47,650 nt of DNA from Aquificales bacterium (lineage in GTDB: Bacteria > Aquificota > Aquificia > Aquificales > QOAS01): contig DTXZ01000058.1 of the NCBI GenBank assembly GCA_012962155.1, forward strand, positions 1 through 47,650. Reading direction: 5' to 3'. Made by a program: the position numbers and the translations under genes. The notes under the pieces were generated by a model that saw only the letters and a list, made by a program, of their open reading frames with translations, was not told the origin of the DNA and did not search any database. Below are positions 45,428 to 47,650 of the stretch, piece after piece; positions within the stretch are counted from its first letter, which is position 1; the number at the start of each line of letters is the position of its first letter.

Positions 45428-46639
45428 ATGGGTGAAGTTGTAAAGGAAGTTCTCCCCAACGGTGTAACCCTTTTAGTAAAACCCACCGAAGGTGCGGGTA
45501 TAGTAGCCCTCAATCTGTTTATAAGGGGCGGTATTACCGACGAGGAAGTGGCGGGGGTTACCAATTTAACCACCTACCTACTCATAAAAGGTTCTAAAAA
45601 CTTCTCCAAAGAGGAAATTTCGGAAGCTTTTGAAGACTTTGGAGGGTCAATAACCACCTCTACCGCCGATGAATACGGTGAAATAGAAATTCTTACCAAA
45701 GTTGAAGGATTGAAAAAGGGTTTAACCGTTTTAAAGGATATTCTTTTAAATCCCCTTTTTACCGAAGAGGATTTGGAAAGGGAAAAGAAAAACGTCCTCA
45801 CCGCCATAAAGTCTAAAAGGGAAAACCCTTTCAAGTTTGCCTATTCCGAACTTAAAAAATTGACCTTTGAGGGAACTCCTTATGAAAGGGACCCTCTTGG
45901 AGAAGAGGATAGTGTTAAAAAGATAACTACCTCCGAGGTAAAGAAAAGGTGGAATCAGCTTCTAAAGGGTGGAAGATTTGTAGTTTCCCTCGTAGGGGAT
46001 ATAGAAACCCCAAAAGAAACTCTAAAGTTGTTAAAGGAAACATTTGGTGAAATACCCGAAGGGGTCTTTAAATATCCTACGTTTGAAAAGGAAATTAAGA
46101 ACTCCCAATTGAAAGAGTTAAAAAGGGAAGGAAGCCAAGCAACGGTTATTTGTGCCTTCAACGCACCCCCTTGCCAAAGTGAATATTACCCCGCAGGGAA
46201 GGTTTTTAATGCGGTTTTAGGAGACGGTTTTACCTCCATTCTCTTTAGAGAACTGAGGGAAAAAAGAGGTTACGCCTATGCAACCACCTCCTTTTATCCA
46301 ACCAAAGTGAATATGCCGAGATTTTTCGCCTATATAGGAACCTCTCCCCAAAAGGTGGAAAAGGCATTAAGGGACCTTATAAAGGTTACCCAAGAATTTC
46401 CCTTTACCGAAGAAGATGTAGAAATTGCCAAAAGGAAATTTATTGGCGATTGGCTTTTAGACCACCAAACCCGTTTAAGGCAATCGTGGTATCTTGGTTG
46501 GTTTGAGACTTTGGGATTAGGTTTTGAAAAGGACTTTAAATTTACCCAACTTATAAAGGATGTAACCTTTAAAGAGGTTTTAGAAATAAGGGAAAAGTTT
46601 ATAGACAACCTACACCAATGTGTTTTGGTTAAACCTTAA
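45428..46639 (+). CDS. M16-family peptidase homologue lacking the HxxEH zinc motif (probably non-catalytic)
   Basis: 403 aa. It has the M16 fold blocks (NGVTLLV, ..EDLEREKKNVL.., RLRQSWYLG). At the position of HxxEH it reads NLTTYLLIKGSKN. Confidence 0.8.
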   Translation: MGEVVKEVLPNGVTLLVKPTEGAGIVALNLFIRGGITDEEVAGVTNLTTYLLIKGSKNFSKEEISEAFEDFGGSITTSTADEYGEIEILTKVEGLKKGLTVLKDILLNPLFTEEDLEREKKNVLTAIKSKRENPFKFAYSELKKLTFEGTPYERDPLGEEDSVKKITTSEVKKRWNQLLKGGRFVVSLVGDIETPKETLKLLKETFGEIPEGVFKYPTFEKEIKNSQLKELKREGSQATVICAFNAPPCQSEYYPAGKVFNAVLGDGFTSILFRELREKRGYAYATTSFYPTKVNMPRFFAYIGTSPQKVEKALRDLIKVTQEFPFTEEDVEIAKRKFIGDWLLDHQTRLRQSWYLGWFETLGLGFEKDFKFTQLIKDVTFKEVLEIREKFIDNLHQCVLVKP

Positions 46640-46720
46640 CCAATTAAATCCGAAATCGCTCTTGGTAAAGTTTTTCGCCTTTGTCTTCGTTTGCATTAAG
46701 GTAATAACCCAGCTTTCTCT

Positions 46721-47221
46721 TTAGCGTGCCATATCCAATCCTAAACTTCCTATAACCGAAAAGCTGGCTACAAATAGGACAACCTTAAGGTAATTTTCAA
46801 TTCCGCTAACAAAGGTTGGATAAATGCCCAATAAAGCCACCACAAAGGCGGAAACTGTCAAAGATATAACAGCGCTGGTTAGAAGTCTCAGCTGAAGAAA
46901 CCCTAACACCGTCTGTTGTGCCCACTGTTTTCTATTACCGTAACAGACGAAGAAATTGGCTACCACTAATACAAAGATAAATACAAAGGCTATGTGTAAC
47001 CAAGAGAGTTTTTGAGCCAATTCCCACATTTCCTCCGATAGGGACATCGTAAGGGCTACTACTAGAGCCCCCGCAAGTTCCTGAAAAAGGTCATCCAAAC
47101 TTAACTTGCGGGGTATACTCTCCTCCCGAATTTTTTCTATTTCTTCTTCCAAACTCTTTAGACGGTCGTTTAGCGTTTCCAAATTTTCATTTATCCTCTT
47201 CAATTCCTCGCTATCCCCCAT
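46721..47221 (-). CDS. membrane protein with N-terminal coiled coil (DUF2391-like)
   Basis: 166 aa. It has a heptad-like acidic N-terminus (ELKRINENLETLNDRLKSLEEEIEKIREE), then LDDLFQELAGALVVAL and three or four hydrophobic segments. The family assignment is tentative. Confidence 0.7.
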   Translation of the reverse strand: MGDSEELKRINENLETLNDRLKSLEEEIEKIREESIPRKLSLDDLFQELAGALVVALTMSLSEEMWELAQKLSWLHIAFVFIFVLVVANFFVCYGNRKQWAQQTVLGFLQLRLLTSAVISLTVSAFVVALLGIYPTFVSGIENYLKVVLFVASFSVIGSLGLDMAR

Positions 47222-47324
47222 CTTAGTCTAATGCGTTTATAACAAATTTTCTAAATTCTTCCTCTGCCGGTAAAAATTTTAACTTTACATTCGCGTCAAA
47301 TCCCCCGTTCAATCATGCGTACAG

Positions 47325-47402
47325 TGGCATAAATTGATCGATCATGCCAATATGAGGCAGCCTATTTGATAGATTAAATCTTGACTGAAGATTAGCAATC
47401 TT
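47325..47402. repeat. cluster of short palindromes at the compositional boundary
   Basis: TGGCAT-N4-TGATCGATCA-TGCCA occurs at 47325-47349, with a perfect 10-nt palindrome at 47335-47344. AGATT-A-AATCT occurs at 47371-47381. AAGATT-AGC-AATCTT occurs at 47388-47402. The last two share the AGATT half-site. Confidence 0.5.
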
Positions 47403-47650
47403 AATCAAAGTTAATATATGAATTTACAAATTTTATTTTATAATTTTATTATTATATATTGTTTGATTTTTAATTTATTTATTTTATTTATAGAATACTT
47501 TTTGTGTAAAATTTAATAATCTTAAAAAGTTATCTATATAATAAATAACATTAAATTAGATTATAAATATAATTTATAAATATCATGATTAATAATTTAA
47601 AAAATAAAAAATAAATGTATAATTTATATAAATTTAAATATTAGATATTA
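47401..47650. other. extreme AT-rich tract (about 8% GC) running off the window edge
   Basis: A hand count finds 19 G+C in the last 250 nt. There is no ORF. It contains degenerate ATAATTTATA-type repeats. This contrasts sharply with the rest of the window. Confidence 0.9.

Noticed and set aside
47291-47312. tRNA 3' fragment or att site suggested by TCAAATCCCCC, which is similar to a T-loop and stem.
   Set aside because: The complementary 5' T-stem is missing, and no acceptor stem or CCA context can be drawn. The resemblance is limited to 8-9 nt.
47401-47650. Calling the AT-rich tract a chromosomal oriC.
   Set aside because: I could find no TTATCCACA-type DnaA boxes in or beside the tract, and no dnaA or dnaN is in the window. 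Origin function remains one hypothesis only.
1-47650. CRISPR arrays, rRNA or tRNA genes, transposases, integrases, toxin-antitoxin pairs or recognisable defence systems.
   Set aside because: I saw no regularly spaced direct repeats, no rRNA or tRNA signatures and no ORFs with recombinase, nuclease or defence-type motifs. Apart from the 3' edge, the window is housekeeping and bioenergetic in character.

Overview
This 47.65-kb window is a compact, thermophile-style bacterial chromosome. It is roughly 40-45% GC by eye, with very short intergenic gaps, many ATGA or overlapping start/stop junctions, and strong GGAGG-type ribosome-binding sites. The gene content suggests an Aquificota-like lineage, but that is inference only. 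The relevant genes are an archaeal-type myo-inositol-1-phosphate synthase, a BpsA-like branched-polyamine synthase, an Ech hydrogenase and a nuo cluster lacking nuoEFG.

Gene order is as follows:
- SAM methyltransferase (-), then flgG-flgA-flgH and myo-inositol-1-phosphate synthase.
- A six-gene Ech-type group-4 [NiFe]-hydrogenase (echABCDEF order), followed directly by an 11-gene nuoABCDHIJKLMN cluster with no nuoEFG.
- queD/PTPS (-), gcvPA, HAD hydrolase (-), aspS, HIT protein, fabD, pyrC (-), lptD and a LOG-family protein.
- A 458-nt unexplained gap.
- GNAT, DUF374, BioH-like and BioC-like genes.
- A decayed DUF2202 gene (-), then fusA-rpsG-rpsL (-) and a small TrxR-like flavoprotein (-).
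- gmk, rpoZ, leuA, moaA (-) and DUF523.
- M23 peptidase, an STT3/AglB/PglB-like oligosaccharyltransferase, a BpsA-like aminopropyltransferase and an M16 peptidase lacking the zinc motif.
- A coiled-coil membrane protein (-).

The window ends in an abrupt switch to about 8% GC DNA, preceded by a cluster of palindromes. I found no rRNA, tRNA, CRISPR array, transposase or integrase.

The most interesting signal is the 17-gene tandem of two complex-I-family machines. Its NuoD-like subunit appears to lack both canonical quinone-ligating residues while keeping one Cys from each ancestral NiFe-ligand pair. Secondary leads are:
- the orphan but catalytically complete oligosaccharyltransferase;
- the unexplained 29447-29904 gap;
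- the compositional cliff at the 3' end.
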